DNA from: Callorhinchus milii
Taxonomy: Eukaryota
Direction of reading: 5' to 3'
Assembly (NCBI RefSeq): GCF_018977255.1
Contig: NW_024704742.1
Coordinates: 34,908,001 to 34,972,000, forward strand
Length of the DNA stretch: 64,000 nt
Part shown: positions 39,733 through 51,627 of the stretch, piece by piece
Numbering within the stretch: the first letter of the stretch is position 1
Layout: each line of letters opens with the position of its first letter
Notes under the pieces: model-generated
Told to the model about the DNA's origin: nothing
What the model saw: only the letters and a program-made list of their open reading frames with translations
The model's database searches: none
Translations under genes and position numbers: made by a program

Positions 39733-40487
39733 CCATTGACTGAAACATTCACTTCTCAGCAATTTATTTGATTATTTAACTGCTGAAAAGACGTAGATTT
39801 CAGTTTGTCAATTGAAAAGATCACAAGAGACGTTTGGGCAAAGAAAGCCTTTCAGCCCATTTGATCTCATTGTTTTGGAATGAATTAATATTAAAGTTTA
39901 ATATTTCCACCACTTCTACAATTTCCTATAACTTTTCACTTGTGTTCCTGGCACTGACTTGTAGGAAGGATCTGGTTGAACTTGCTGAATGTATATAAAT
40001 AAAAACCTTCCAAACTCTAAAGGTGTCAAATTATTACGAAAGGATTAAAAGGCAGCAATAATTTAAGATTATTATTTAAATATCTAAGATTATCTCTCAC
40101 CTCTCCCTGTCTCGGTGTCAAGTTCCGTCAGTGTTAAGCACTCTATGTGAAGGGCGCTATATAAATGCAAGTTGTTGGTGCTATCATTCAATCATTTTCA
40201 ACAATTATTTTAATTATTTGGTGTCCAGCCAACAGCGCAAAGTGTTTTGAGACATCTTCCCGATGTGAGAGTTTCTACATAAATGTAAATTGTAACTTAT
40301 CGCATTATCGTGAGAAACAGTTGGATGGGAGGATGGATTTTCTGGTGGGGTGAGATCAAATGGGCTGAAAGGCTTTCTTCGCCTGAAGGTCTCTTGTGAT
40401 CCTTTCAATTGACAAACTGAAATCTACACCTTTTCAACAGTTAAAGAATCAAATAAATTGCTGACAAGCAAATGTTTCAGTCAATGG
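39733..40487. repeat. 137-bp inverted repeat (39733-39869 / 40351-40487)
   Basis: Ungapped alignment by eye, about 12 mismatches. Confidence 0.92.
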
Positions 40488-42009
40488 GTGTCAGTCACTC
40501 TGTGGAATACTTGGATATTAGTTAAGAAAAAGCTTTTCACAGCAAACATCCCTGTAGGTGCAGATCTTGACTGAGCGAGATTGCCAATTTATGGAACAAA
40601 ATTCCTCCTGAGTCAAGATCTGCTCTCTTTCCTTAGTATTTAAGAGTGTCCAGAATTTGGTAACTTTCTCTAGTACAGTCATAATTTTTTGGCCAGTCTT
40701 CTATAAGTTAAGATTGAATTCAACAATTTGTAAAACTCTGCTCACTCTGAAATGCTAAGAAAACAGAGTAAATCTGGACCCAGGTGGAATCTTTATCGAA
40801 CAGTGTCTGGTGCTCAGATTCTGCTTATTTCCTTGTTCCGTTTTCATACAGGACCCATCTTACGCCCGTACTGTGGCCTAGCCTCAAAAAACATTTGTAA
40901 GGAAACTCCTGTTCGAAAGAGTTCCTGCCTTCTACTTTAACAGAAGTAGAAATAGTTTAACAAACAATAAGTCAGCCGCACAAAACTGAGTGAAGTTGAT
41001 GCTGACACAATGACAAGCTAAAGGTCCTTGTTGTGAGGCAGTACATATAAATATAAAGGATTTTTTTGTTATAAAGTTTGCAATTCATCATCTGACAACA
41101 CCCACACCAGGAAAGTAATTGGGTGGAAATAGTGATGATAAATGTTCTGACTATATTTTTTGTTTATTGCTTTTCTATTTTGCTCTTGCAGCTGGATATA
41201 TTGGGCAGTGCCCAATACGTTCTTACTTGTCATACGCCTGCTGACTTTATGTTGAAGAGTTGCTCCCAGTGCGATGATGCTTTGCAGGGCACTATGTTTA
41301 TTATGTTTAGTGCAGTTCAATAGTTTGGTTGATAGTGCAATTTCCCATTATAATTGCACACTGAGGTCAAATATGCAACAATTTCCAATGGAATTGATTT
41401 ATTCCTTTCCAAACCACTGAACCAGTGCACAAACTTAGTGTTCATTTCAACTCCCTCACATCTGGTCCCTAACCAAGACCGCTTTTTGTTATCTTCACTG
41501 CATCTCACACCCAATGTGGCCGAAACCTTCATTCTCCTCTGTGCATAAAGCAAGAAGTGATGTTGGCGATGACTTCATGACCTGGAAGTCAGAAATGTTT
41601 GCGAAAAACTGGTCAGTGTGTGGGATGTGAGTGTGCCTGCTCCACCTATGGGCAGTGAGTGGGGTCCACAATGCAATTGCGTTATAACAGAATGAGGACT
41701 ATAAACAAAAAGTGTTTTAATGAGGCTGCACTGTATTACTATTTAAGATATATTGTCCTTTCTCTGTTTTTTTCCCCCGAAGTGTAATAATGTGCTGCCC
41801 ATTTCTCTCTATTGAATTACATCATTTAGTATGTGCTTACTAGCCTGCCCTGCACATCTTCCTATATTCTTCTTCACAGTTTGGCATGCCTCTGAATTTA
41901 CTGTTATCCATGCATTTAGAAATAAGTATGTGTTTATGTGCAAACCATTTGTCTGTATAGTATACTTCATTTGAAAAGTAACTGGCTCCTGCATTATTTC
42001 CATCTGCAG

Positions 42010-42169
42010 CATGACACCGAGTGGATGGGTTCAGAGTGTACAGTGTGCTCCTGCACCAACACCAAAGCCATGTGTGGCCCAAAGTACTGCCCTCCAATTA
42101 CCTGTGATATAGGAGAAACCACCTACACGCCGAAGGGAGACTGCTGTTCAAAATGCGTGCAGACTGGAA
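42010..42169 (+). CDS. FRAS1: FRAS1 exon (~exon 5), VWC2: HDTEWMGSECTVCSC...GDCCSKCVQTG
   Basis: CAG acceptor, GTAGGA donor, 160 nt, phase 0-1; VWC cysteine pattern. Confidence 0.93.
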
Positions 42170-42644
42170 GTAGGAAGTCAATTTTTTTTTGGTCTTGTGG
42201 ATTAAACGTCATGCTTTGCTTCTCCCCCACCCCTCCATCTTTTACATAATTTCTCCTTATGATTTAGTAATTAGATGGGAAGAAACGTGAATGTATAAAA
42301 GACTGATATAAAGTATTGAAGCAATACAGACCTTAGAATCCACCAGCATGCATTTTATTTCAGAATTCTAATACCGGGGTGAAAATGTGCTGTGTTCATT
42401 TACACATTGGTCCATCTCTTAATCAAAATTGTGATGTGTGATGTTAAATAATACATTGTTCAAAATGTGGCCAGTTTATGTTTATCACCTCACTGTGGCT
42501 GTAAACTTCTCCCTCCCCCCAATTCTCACACAAATTTTGGGTCCAAAGATCATTTGCTGCCCACTGGCCCACCAATTCATCAGCCTGCTTCAGTTTGTAC
42601 CACTCTTGCCTCTCGAGTCAGAAGGTTTTGGGTTCAAGCCTCTT

Positions 42645-42967
42645 GTGGAATCCTGTAGCTCAGTGGTTAGAGCACTCGCTTTGCAAGTGAGAGACCCGAG
42701 TTCAATTCCAGGCAGAGGGCGAAACCTTGGGCAAGTTTCCTTACTCCACACGTTTAATAATAATCCCTCCAAAAAAACAAAACAATAATAAATTGGTCAT
42801 TTTCAATCCATGACTGTTTGGGGGACATTGCTGTGCGCAATTGGCTGCCGCGTTCGCCCACAAATATACAGTCAATTCACTTTACAGTGTATTCTGTGAA
42901 GCGCTTTGGGACGTCTAGAAGACATGAAAAGCGCTATATCAAATGCAAGGATTATTATTATTATTAT
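42645..42967 (+). mobile_element. Full-length young SINE nested in an older Deu-type SINE (about 42580-43320)
   Basis: Same family; splits the older element's head at gggttcaagcc|...|gttgagactttg. Confidence 0.9.
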
Positions 42968-43696
42968 GTTGAGACTTTGAGCTTACAGTCAAGGCTGACA
43001 AACCAGTACAGTGCTGGGGGAGCGCTAACTGTCGGAGATGTCATCTTTCGGACAAGTTGTTTAATCCGAGGCACCACCTGTCTGTTCAGGTGGATATTAA
43101 AAGTCCCATAACACTACAAAGAGAAGGGAGTTTCTCCTGGCCAGCAATCCTCCAGATTAAAAATGTGATCATTCACTACATGACTGTTTGTGCAACATTG
43201 CTGTGCCTGAATTGGCTGCTGATTTGACCTACAGATACACAGTCACAGAAAAGTTTGGTGAAGTGCTTGGAGACATTTTGATGTGATTAGGCATTGTGGC
43301 AAGGATTATTATTACTATTATTCGAGTGCTGGTCAGCTGGATATTAGTTCAATCGAAGAAATAAATTAGAGTTCACCCGTAGTCCAATGCCTCAGTCCAT
43401 GGGCTGGCAGTGTAATAGGCGGCATTTGTGACTTTGGTACCTGAACATCATGATGGAGAGTGGAGTTGATGTTGTACACAAATTCATGAATTAAGGCATA
43501 GACTGGTTATGTTTTCATTACTACATCAGAGAACCCGCTGTTCACTCCATTAAATCATGCCGATTAGATGGGAATTTATTGTACACGCACTGTGACCGTG
43601 CAGGTGTGCCTCATCAAAGTTAAGAGACCGAAACACATTCTACTTGTTATTTTTGTAGGTGGATCGTAGATTTATATCAATTGTCTTTATCTACAG

Positions 43697-43830
43697 CATC
43701 CTGCTTCTTTGAGGGAGAAATGTACAGGGATGGAGAGGAGTGGAAGCTAACTGGATGTTCAAAATGTGTCTGCAGTAATGGTAATGTACAGTGCTACATC
43801 GCTGAGTGCGAGGCTCTACACTGTGAGGAG
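43697..43830 (+). CDS. FRAS1: FRAS1 exon (~exon 6), VWC3: SCFFEGEMYRDGEEWKLTGCSKCVC...ECEALHCEE
   Basis: CAG acceptor, GAG|GTGAGT donor, 134 nt, phase 1-0. Confidence 0.95.
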
Positions 43831-45552
43831 GTGAGTGATTACATGCATTGTTCCTTTTACCACACCTAGAATTGCCTATCCAGATTTACACCTGCTCCAC
43901 TGGCTCTCTAAGATTAAATCAGATGCAAATTGTTTTGCATAATTAATAACCTACTTGTGCATTTGAAATTGGCTTTGGTTGCAAAATGTTAAAGCTAGAA
44001 GTGAACAAAAGGGAGAGAATAGCCACAGAGAGGATAATAAAGACAAATAGAGAATGACCATCAATAAAATTGAAATACAGGACACGACTATTATGTTGAA
44101 CGTATGTATGAGATAGATTGAAAAGCTGTTGTGTGATGGAATACAATTGTTCCATAAGATAGCACGGTCTTCAAATTTGGGCAATAGGTTGAGGTGAACA
44201 AAAATATATGAAGTATTCAGCTTTACTGAATATTTGAAGGATGAAACAGACTTTCAAACAGTCTGAACATACAGGTATTAGAATATTGCCAGGAATGTGC
44301 AGTCCAGGAGTCAGCTGCACTTTATAATAATAATAATCCTTATGTTTGATAAAGCGCTTTTCACAAGGGAGGATGTCTAACCAGTTAATGCCTTATAGCT
44401 TGTCATTGACAACAGGAAAGGTGGGAGAGGCCAGAACATTAGACTCAGTTACAAAGCAGCTTAATGGTGTGATGGGTGGAAGGTAGTAGGTTGGGTGCTC
44501 TGGAGGAATGAGATTGAATGGGCCGAAGAGTCTCCTATATCCAAATTGATCTTGTGAAAATGCAATCCATATGAAAGCTTCATTTTTCTAAATTGATAGT
44601 CCCAGAAGTGAGAGCAGGGAAAACTCTTAATCAGAGTTGGCTTTTCTGATGTAGCATAATTGACCTGATACTTGAAACATAAGTGCACAAAGGTAGACTC
44701 AATTTTCAGCTTCTCAGGACAAGGGAGATTTATTGTGGGACACATGAATTCACTGACACTTGAAGAAATTGTATTGCCTTACATTCAAGTATGCAAAACA
44801 CAAGTACTGCAGAATACATATCTTTTTCAAGGCAGGATAATTTTCATTGATTAATGTAATCGACTAAAAAATGCCATGAGCTAAAATTAACCTTTGTTAA
44901 GCTGTATGAATGATAGCAAGCATTCTCTTTCAATCTCGTCCCAAATGGTGCTCTTTAATATTCCTTATGGCCTTTAGGGTTATGTTGGGAATTAAAATAC
45001 ATTGACATTGAAGAGGTTGTTTTTTTGAATAATGGGAAGTGACCCCCTTTGTGATTGTGTCAAACCTGCGGGTATCAGGACATCATCTGATTTACAGTGT
45101 TCTGTATTGTATGAAACTTACAGGAAATGTTTTATAAATGTACTTTCTCCTCATTCAGCATTCACTCAGCATCCCTTCTCCACATGAAGGAGCATAAAAG
45201 CAAAATTGCTGTCAGACTTAATGAAATTGTTGCATTTCTTCATTTCCCAACACTTCCTTGTAAATGGCTTTAACCTTTTCGGGAATCTTCACTGGAACAG
45301 ATGTTGAAAATTTTACTCCAAAATAATATCATTTAGTCTATGATAGTCACAATCCACTTTACTGTGTATGCTACGTGTATTGTAGGGCTGTGCTGTGCGA
45401 TGCCAGAAACTCTGCATTCTGAGCAACAATACCAACGTGCTTTTATACAATTCCCTATAATATGTCTGAGGGTTGGACACTGAGTAAGGGAGAGGGAGGT
45501 GACCAAAGGTACAATTTAATAGGTGGGTTTTAATACGGGATTTAATAACAGA

Positions 45553-45858
45553 TAATAATAATAATCCTTGCAGTTGATATAGTGCTTTTCACGTCTTCTA
45601 GACGTCTCAAAGCGCTTCACAGAATATAAAGTGAATTGACTGTATATTTGTGGGCGAAACCGGCAGCCAATTGTGCACAGCAGTGTGCACAAACAGTCGT
45701 GGATTGAAGTGACCGATTTATTATTTTTTTTCTTGAGGGATTAATATCAGGCGTGTGGAGTAAGGAAACTTGCCCAACATTTCGCCCTGCCGGGAATCAA
45801 ACCCAAGTCTCTCGCTTGTGAGGCGAATGCTCTAACCACTGAGCTACAGGACTCACAA
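45553..45858 (-). mobile_element. Full-length young SINE inserted in an L2 remnant (about 45420-46150)
   Basis: Same family; L2 motif NLWNSLP lies adjacent. Confidence 0.88.
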
Positions 45859-47759
45859 GATAGAGAAGAGTCGAGGCGGAGAGGTAGAGGGAGGGAATTC
45901 CAGAGATTAGGGGCATAGTAATTGAAGGCTTGGCCACCCATCGTGGGGAGTTGAAGAACCTTGAATTCATTCCATTGGAAGACAGGGCACTAATGGAGTC
46001 TGGCTAGGACTGGGGCGATGGGTGTGCAGAATTTGGTGTAGATGAGCATGGGGGTGGTGTTTTCTGGATAGTTGGAGCTTCTGGAAGGCGGAACTGGGGA
46101 GATTGGTGAGGATTGCATTCGAAAAATCTAATAAATGAGTGAATGTTGGTTTTGGTGTGAGAGGAGCAGAGCACATATAACAGAAGACTTGTCTTTCAGG
46201 AAGTCAGGCAAGCCATAGCTAAATGGCAAATGATCACTGGCTTGTGGTTAACTGGTAGCAAGATTTACAGTTTTCTTTGGAGCTGGGATTCTTTGCCACA
46301 CACAGAGAAATCCAGCACCCTGTTAAAAGTCTCGTACCCAAACACTACAATAATTTTTAATTATTTCTGTAACTGGGCATTTTTTTATTTTGACGTTGTC
46401 TTAACAGATTTTGTTGGATTTAGAACTTTTGGGATTTAGTGTTAGGGTGTTCACAGAATGACAACTTCTTTCCTCATGTCTGTACGGCTCACTTACAGGT
46501 TACTTCTGATGTTTACTAGTAGGGTAGCTGTTATGAACAGCCATGAAGTGAGAGGATAGAATGCTAGACTCCAATTCTGAGGCTTGAAATAGAACACAGT
46601 CTTTACTGTCAAAGCAACGTGAATCTCTTCAATGACCACGATTTCCACTTCTCAGTCAGCCTTCCACTTGATAAGTTTTGAGGTATTATTATTAATATTA
46701 TCAATAATAATACTTATATTTGATACAGCACTTTTCAAGTCAAGACGCCGATTCAAAGACCTTCACTATAAAGTGCAGTGACTGTGTATTTTGTTGGCAA
46801 ATAAAATAAAGGTTCAGCCAAAGGGATAAAAAGAGAAACAAATTGAAGGAGAGATGTTCAGCTACTGAAAGAAATGCTTCCAGGAGAGACCCATGCAATG
46901 AACTCTTCACCTCAGTTGCCTTTTGAAATACAAATTATAAAATGGCTACAAATAAGAACCTGTAATTTTGTGAAACTATTGATACAGAGAAAGCCAGATT
47001 GAATGGACCTGGTTCTTTGTGTTTCTAAACACAGCAATTAGAAAGTCACAAAAGCTTAATTTCATCTTTAAAAGGTCAATTAGCTGTGACCATGGAAAGA
47101 CTGGAACTGTCATTTCACATAGAGCAGAGTATTCATTTCAGGTTGGGAATGAAACGTCACTGTTTGATTGTTCTCTATCAGCACCACAGTTGAAGTTGGA
47201 ATTTTTCTTTAGTAACTTAACGATATTTGTATAGCAAATAAATAATCATCTGCCTGGATGTTGTTGACTGATCAGTTATTTCTTCCTGCCGCACAGCACT
47301 TGCATGGAATAAATCCAATCTTGGACAATTGTTCCTTTCGCTGTGGTTGACAGCAAGAAACATGAGTGTTGGGGGTTGGGAAGAGAACCCACACTACAAA
47401 TGTATGTATGCCAGGACGGGTGGTTGAGGCGAGAATACTGAATTCATTTAAAAAGCAGCTTGATGTTGTGATGGGAGTCTGGGTGGTCTGGAGGGATGAA
47501 ATCAGAGTGGCCAAAGGGCCTTCTTCATCTGAACCAATCTTGTGATTTGCCCATGTGCAGTTGTTGTGCTAATGCTGATTGTGAGGGTGGGGCTGGTCTC
47601 TATTGGCAGAGAGCTTCAGCAGGATATAGTTCACTTTTAAATTGTCTTAGACAATACAAGACTCACATCGTTCCCATTCACAGGTGACCCATCTTCTAGT
47701 CACTGCACGCTGACTCCCTGGTTTTGTCTTACCCTACACCTGTCTCTGAGATGTGTTAT

Positions 47760-48081
47760 GTGGAGTCCTGTAGCTCAGTGGTTAGAGCACTTACTTTGCA
47801 AGCGAGAGACCTGAGTTCAATTCCAGGCAGGGCGAAACCTTGGGCAAGTTTCCTTACTCCACACAGAGCCTAATAATAATCCCTCCAAAAAAGCAAAAAC
47901 AATAATAAATTGGTCATTTTCAATCTACAACTGTTTGTGGGACATTGCTGTGCGCAATTGGCTGCCGCGTTCATCCACAAATATACAGTCAATTCACTTT
48001 ACAGTGTGTTCTGTGAAGCGCTTTGGGACGTCCTCCCGACGTGAAAAGCGCTATATCAAATGCAAGGATTATTATTATTAT
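47760..48081 (+). mobile_element. Full-length young tRNA(Ala)-derived SINE (~320 bp)
   Basis: A box tagctcagtgg, TGC anticodon-like loop, B box gttcaattcc, L2-like tail ending (TTA)n. Confidence 0.92.
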
Positions 48082-48473
48082 GTGATGAATTCTGAACCTC
48101 AGATGATGATCTTCTTGCAAACTGAGGGAGCAAATAATCCAAAGGTGAAAAACAATTCATATTCATACGAACGCATGAGCCAGAGGTGGCCCTTCCCTCA
48201 GTTGATTCAGCCTGGGGGTTGGAGATAATAAACCTAAAGGAAGGCATTAGAAGCAAGGGTAACAACTCAAAGAGTAAATTTGAACCCACTGCAGCACAAT
48301 GAGGTCAAACTGACACATGTTCCCAACACCACCCACACTCGTGTTACCACCCCTTCAAATTCCGATGCTTCTGAAAATTCCTGTCCTTTTTCATTCAAAG
48401 TGTAAGTGCTAGCAAACAGAAATCCTATAAGCCGAGTCCAAGGATTCATTTTTATCTTTAATTTTATCTTTAG

Positions 48474-48557
48474 GGTGAAAATGCGGCAATGCTGCCTGGA
48501 AAGTGCTGCCCTGAATGTCGACCAAAATCCTGTACGCTGACAGAGGAGGAGTATGAG
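48474..48557 (+). CDS. FRAS1: FRAS1 exon (~exon 7): GENAAMLPGKCCPECRPKSCTLTEEEYE
   Basis: T-rich tract + TAG acceptor, GAG|GTAACC donor, 84 nt; PGKCCPEC motif. Confidence 0.95.
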
Positions 48558-50147
48558 GTAACCTTGAGGCGACTAAGAGACCTCATTTTTATGAGTTAAT
48601 TGAGATCTATTTGTCAACTGCACACAGGGTTCCAGTTCTGACAACACAATAGGCTAATCTTTGATTACAGGACCATTGCTTTCTGTTAAAGTGGCTCATT
48701 TTAGAAACCTGAATGTACATAGGTTGCAAGTGACAATTTGCGTAACGTTCCTGATAAGCCATATTTACCTAAAGATGGAGATAAGGATTTAGCTGCTTCG
48801 AAGTCCCGACAAGGATAATGACAGCTGAGGGTTTCGGGATGAGGTTAGCTGTTGCAAAGCTTTTGTCCCTTTGATGGTTTTGTTTTTCCGAGATTGCGGT
48901 TAAACTCTGAATGTGTTTTGTGTTTTGCGACTGGTTGTTTGGGTGGAACAGGAAGGTCTCATTTTTCTCTGGAGGGAAGTCAGGTTGCATGGGCCCACCC
49001 ACTGGTCCCGCATAGTCAAGCTCATTACCTCCTGCAAAGGCCCTCAATAATACTTGGAATTTGTCTGAAGCTATGCTCACCTGAGCATGACTTCTTGTGT
49101 GATTGTTATCATTTTAATAGTTGAGATCACCTTGGAATTACAATCTGATTTTATACTCTACCCACAGCAAACCATGCGAATGACTGGACTAGGTTTTAAC
49201 CCTCGCATTCTGGTTTTTCAAACAGATTTCTGCATTCTGCTAGAAGTTACAATACAAATAATAATTACTGCCTTTGATGTAGTGCTCTTATCACCTCACA
49301 GAATCTCAAAGTTGCTTCCTACAGTTTCCTGTCAAGTGTAGTGACTGCGTTTGTAGGCGAAGGTGGCAGTCCCACAAACAGCCAAGAAGTTAATTATAAT
49401 TTTTTTTATTCGTGGGATTATTGGCAAGACCCTGAGACAAACTCCATGGGACAAACAGTGCCATAGGATTTTCAATGTCCACCCCAGACAGACAGGCAGG
49501 AGTTTTAATGTTTCAGCTGAAGGATGGCACCTTTGACAGTGCACCATTGGAGGTATATGGAGTGTCAGCCTAGACAATGAGCTTCAAGTCTTAACGTGGG
49601 GCTTGTACTTACAACCGTCTGACTCAGAGGCAAGAGTGCTGCCAGATGAACCAGGATGACATGATAGGCTCTATTACTAATTCTGTTATTTTATTAATTA
49701 TTGCTTAAGATGCTTAAGATCTACTTCAGTCACGAGCCACTTCAGAGTTGTGTTATGATTTACATAAAGGAGCACACCTTTAGAATTTTCAGCTTGCAAG
49801 ACAAAACACTTGACATTTAAACAGGCCAGTTGTAAGAATAATAGTAGCTTGTGAACATCAGTTTCAGAGATTTGACCAAGGCTAGTTCTGATTGTTATAC
49901 AGAATTATTTCACACATTGTTGTATTTGGCATGCATTCAAAGTAATGTCGAGCTCGGGCTAGGTTTGTGTTACCAGAGCCTCAGAATTATATGGATAAGA
50001 ATACAATAAATTTAGTGCATCCTTTGTAATTGTACTTTGATGTGTTAAGCTGTAATTTGGGACAGCCCTGCATTGGTGGTGTTATGCGTGAAGCTGAGCT
50101 TCATCAGGGTTTGCTTCTTGGTTTGAAAAGTCTCTTTGTTCCCTCAG

Positions 50148-50249
50148 CACGGTAAACAATGGCAGGAGAACGCCTGCAGCACCTGTATTTGTGACAGAGG
50201 CGAAATCCGGTGCCATTCCCAGACATGCCCACAGCTCACCTGTGAGAAG
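50148..50249 (+). CDS. FRAS1: FRAS1 exon (~exon 8), VWC4: HGKQWQENACSTCICDRGEIRCHSQTCPQLTCEK
   Basis: CAG acceptor, AAG|GTAAAT donor, 102 nt. Confidence 0.95.
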
Positions 50250-50793
50250 GTAAATGAAACAAAGGAAAGCACAAAGTCATAATAATAACCCTTGCATTTG
50301 ATATAGTGCCTTATTATGGCTTCGAGACGTCTCCGTTATCGGGAATAAGGAAAATATTCTACGTATGCCTAGGACTTAAGGGTCCAGGACACTTAATATT
50401 TTCCATATCATGCAGATGAACGCATTGTTATTCCACAACAATTCCACAACATTTACTGCACCATTCAAGAATTTGTACAACTTGTTGAATAATTTTTACA
50501 GGATCATTCACTACTATGGAGGTAGATTAGTGCCCAGCAATGTTAAGTGATGTATTCTTATACAGGAGATGCTCTTGATAGAGGTCTTGGGTCCAAATAA
50601 AGAGTGTAACCATTGGGATTTCCCTCTACAAAGTTCACACTCTTTATTCGAACCACGACCTACATCGGGAAGCACCAAGCCATTTGCTTTGTGTTTTCCC
50701 AGGACTGTTTCCCTAGTGCACATTGTGAATATTAAAGACTGGAATCAGTGCACTGATGACTCAGGTTGGATAAGGAACAGAAATACAATTATT

Positions 50794-51113
50794 AATAATA
50801 AAATAATCCTTGCATTTGATATAGCGCTTTTCACGTCGGGAGGACGTCCCAAAGCGCTTCACAGAACACACTGTAAAGTGAATTGACTGTATATTTGTGG
50901 GCGAACGCGGCAGCCAATTGCGCACAGCAATGTCCCACAAACAGTCGTAGATTGAAAATGACCAATTTATTATTGTTTTTTGTTTTGGAGGGATTATTAT
51001 TAGGCTCTGTGTGGAGTAAGGAAACTTGCCCAAGGTTTCGCCCTGCCTGGAATTGAACTCAGGTCTCTCGCTTGCAAAGTGAGTGCTCTAACCACTGAGC
51101 TACAGGACTCCAC
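50794..51113 (-). mobile_element. Full-length young tRNA-derived SINE
   Basis: Near-identical reverse complement of 47760-48081. Confidence 0.92.
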
Positions 51114-51304
51114 AACTTGTCTTAATTAGCACAAGGAATGCTTTAAAGAATCCTGCAAATTTTGCTTTAAACTTTAAGACATTAAAGCTCAGTGGGAAAA
51201 TGGTTTCTTGGCCATGCCACAGGCCCACCTACCTACATTAATATACTGCCTGTGGCTGTTGTAGTAACAGTCACCCTAAACACATGGCCAGAGAAACTCC
51301 CAGG

Positions 51305-51627
51305 TGGAGAAACTATTTCCACTAGCGGGTGGGTCGGTAACCTGAGGACACAGATTTAAAATAGTTGTTAAAAGAGAATAGAGGGGAGGTGAGGAGACAT
51401 TTTTTCATAGAGCGAGTTGTTCGAATCTGGAATGCATTGGCTGAAAGGGTGGTGGAAGCCGATTCGATAACAACCTTTAAGAGAGAAATAGATAGATATT
51501 TGGGAGGACTAATTTGCGGGGCTATGGGGAAAAAGTGGAGGAGTGGGATTAATTTGGATAGCTCATTTCACAGAGCCGGCACAGACATGATGGGACGAAT
51601 GACCCCTTCTGTGCTTGTATGATTCTT
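51305..51627 (+). mobile_element. CR1 3' end fragment; similar remnants near 1-70(-), 13990-14283 and 47345-47540
   Basis: RRHFFIERVVRIWNALAERVVEADSITTFKREIDRYL followed by CR1 3' UTR. Confidence 0.88.

Noticed and set aside
42818..43111. Recurrent small ORF 'DIAVRNWLPR...KRYIKCKDYYYY' (also 47935, 50761, 9623)
   Set aside because: Translation of the SINE tail, not a gene family
47761..47835. tRNA-Ala(TGC)-like sequence (also at 16098, 39391, 42645, 45858, 51113)
   Set aside because: Always fused to the same body and (TTA)n tail and lacks a proper acceptor stem; these are SINE heads, not tRNA genes
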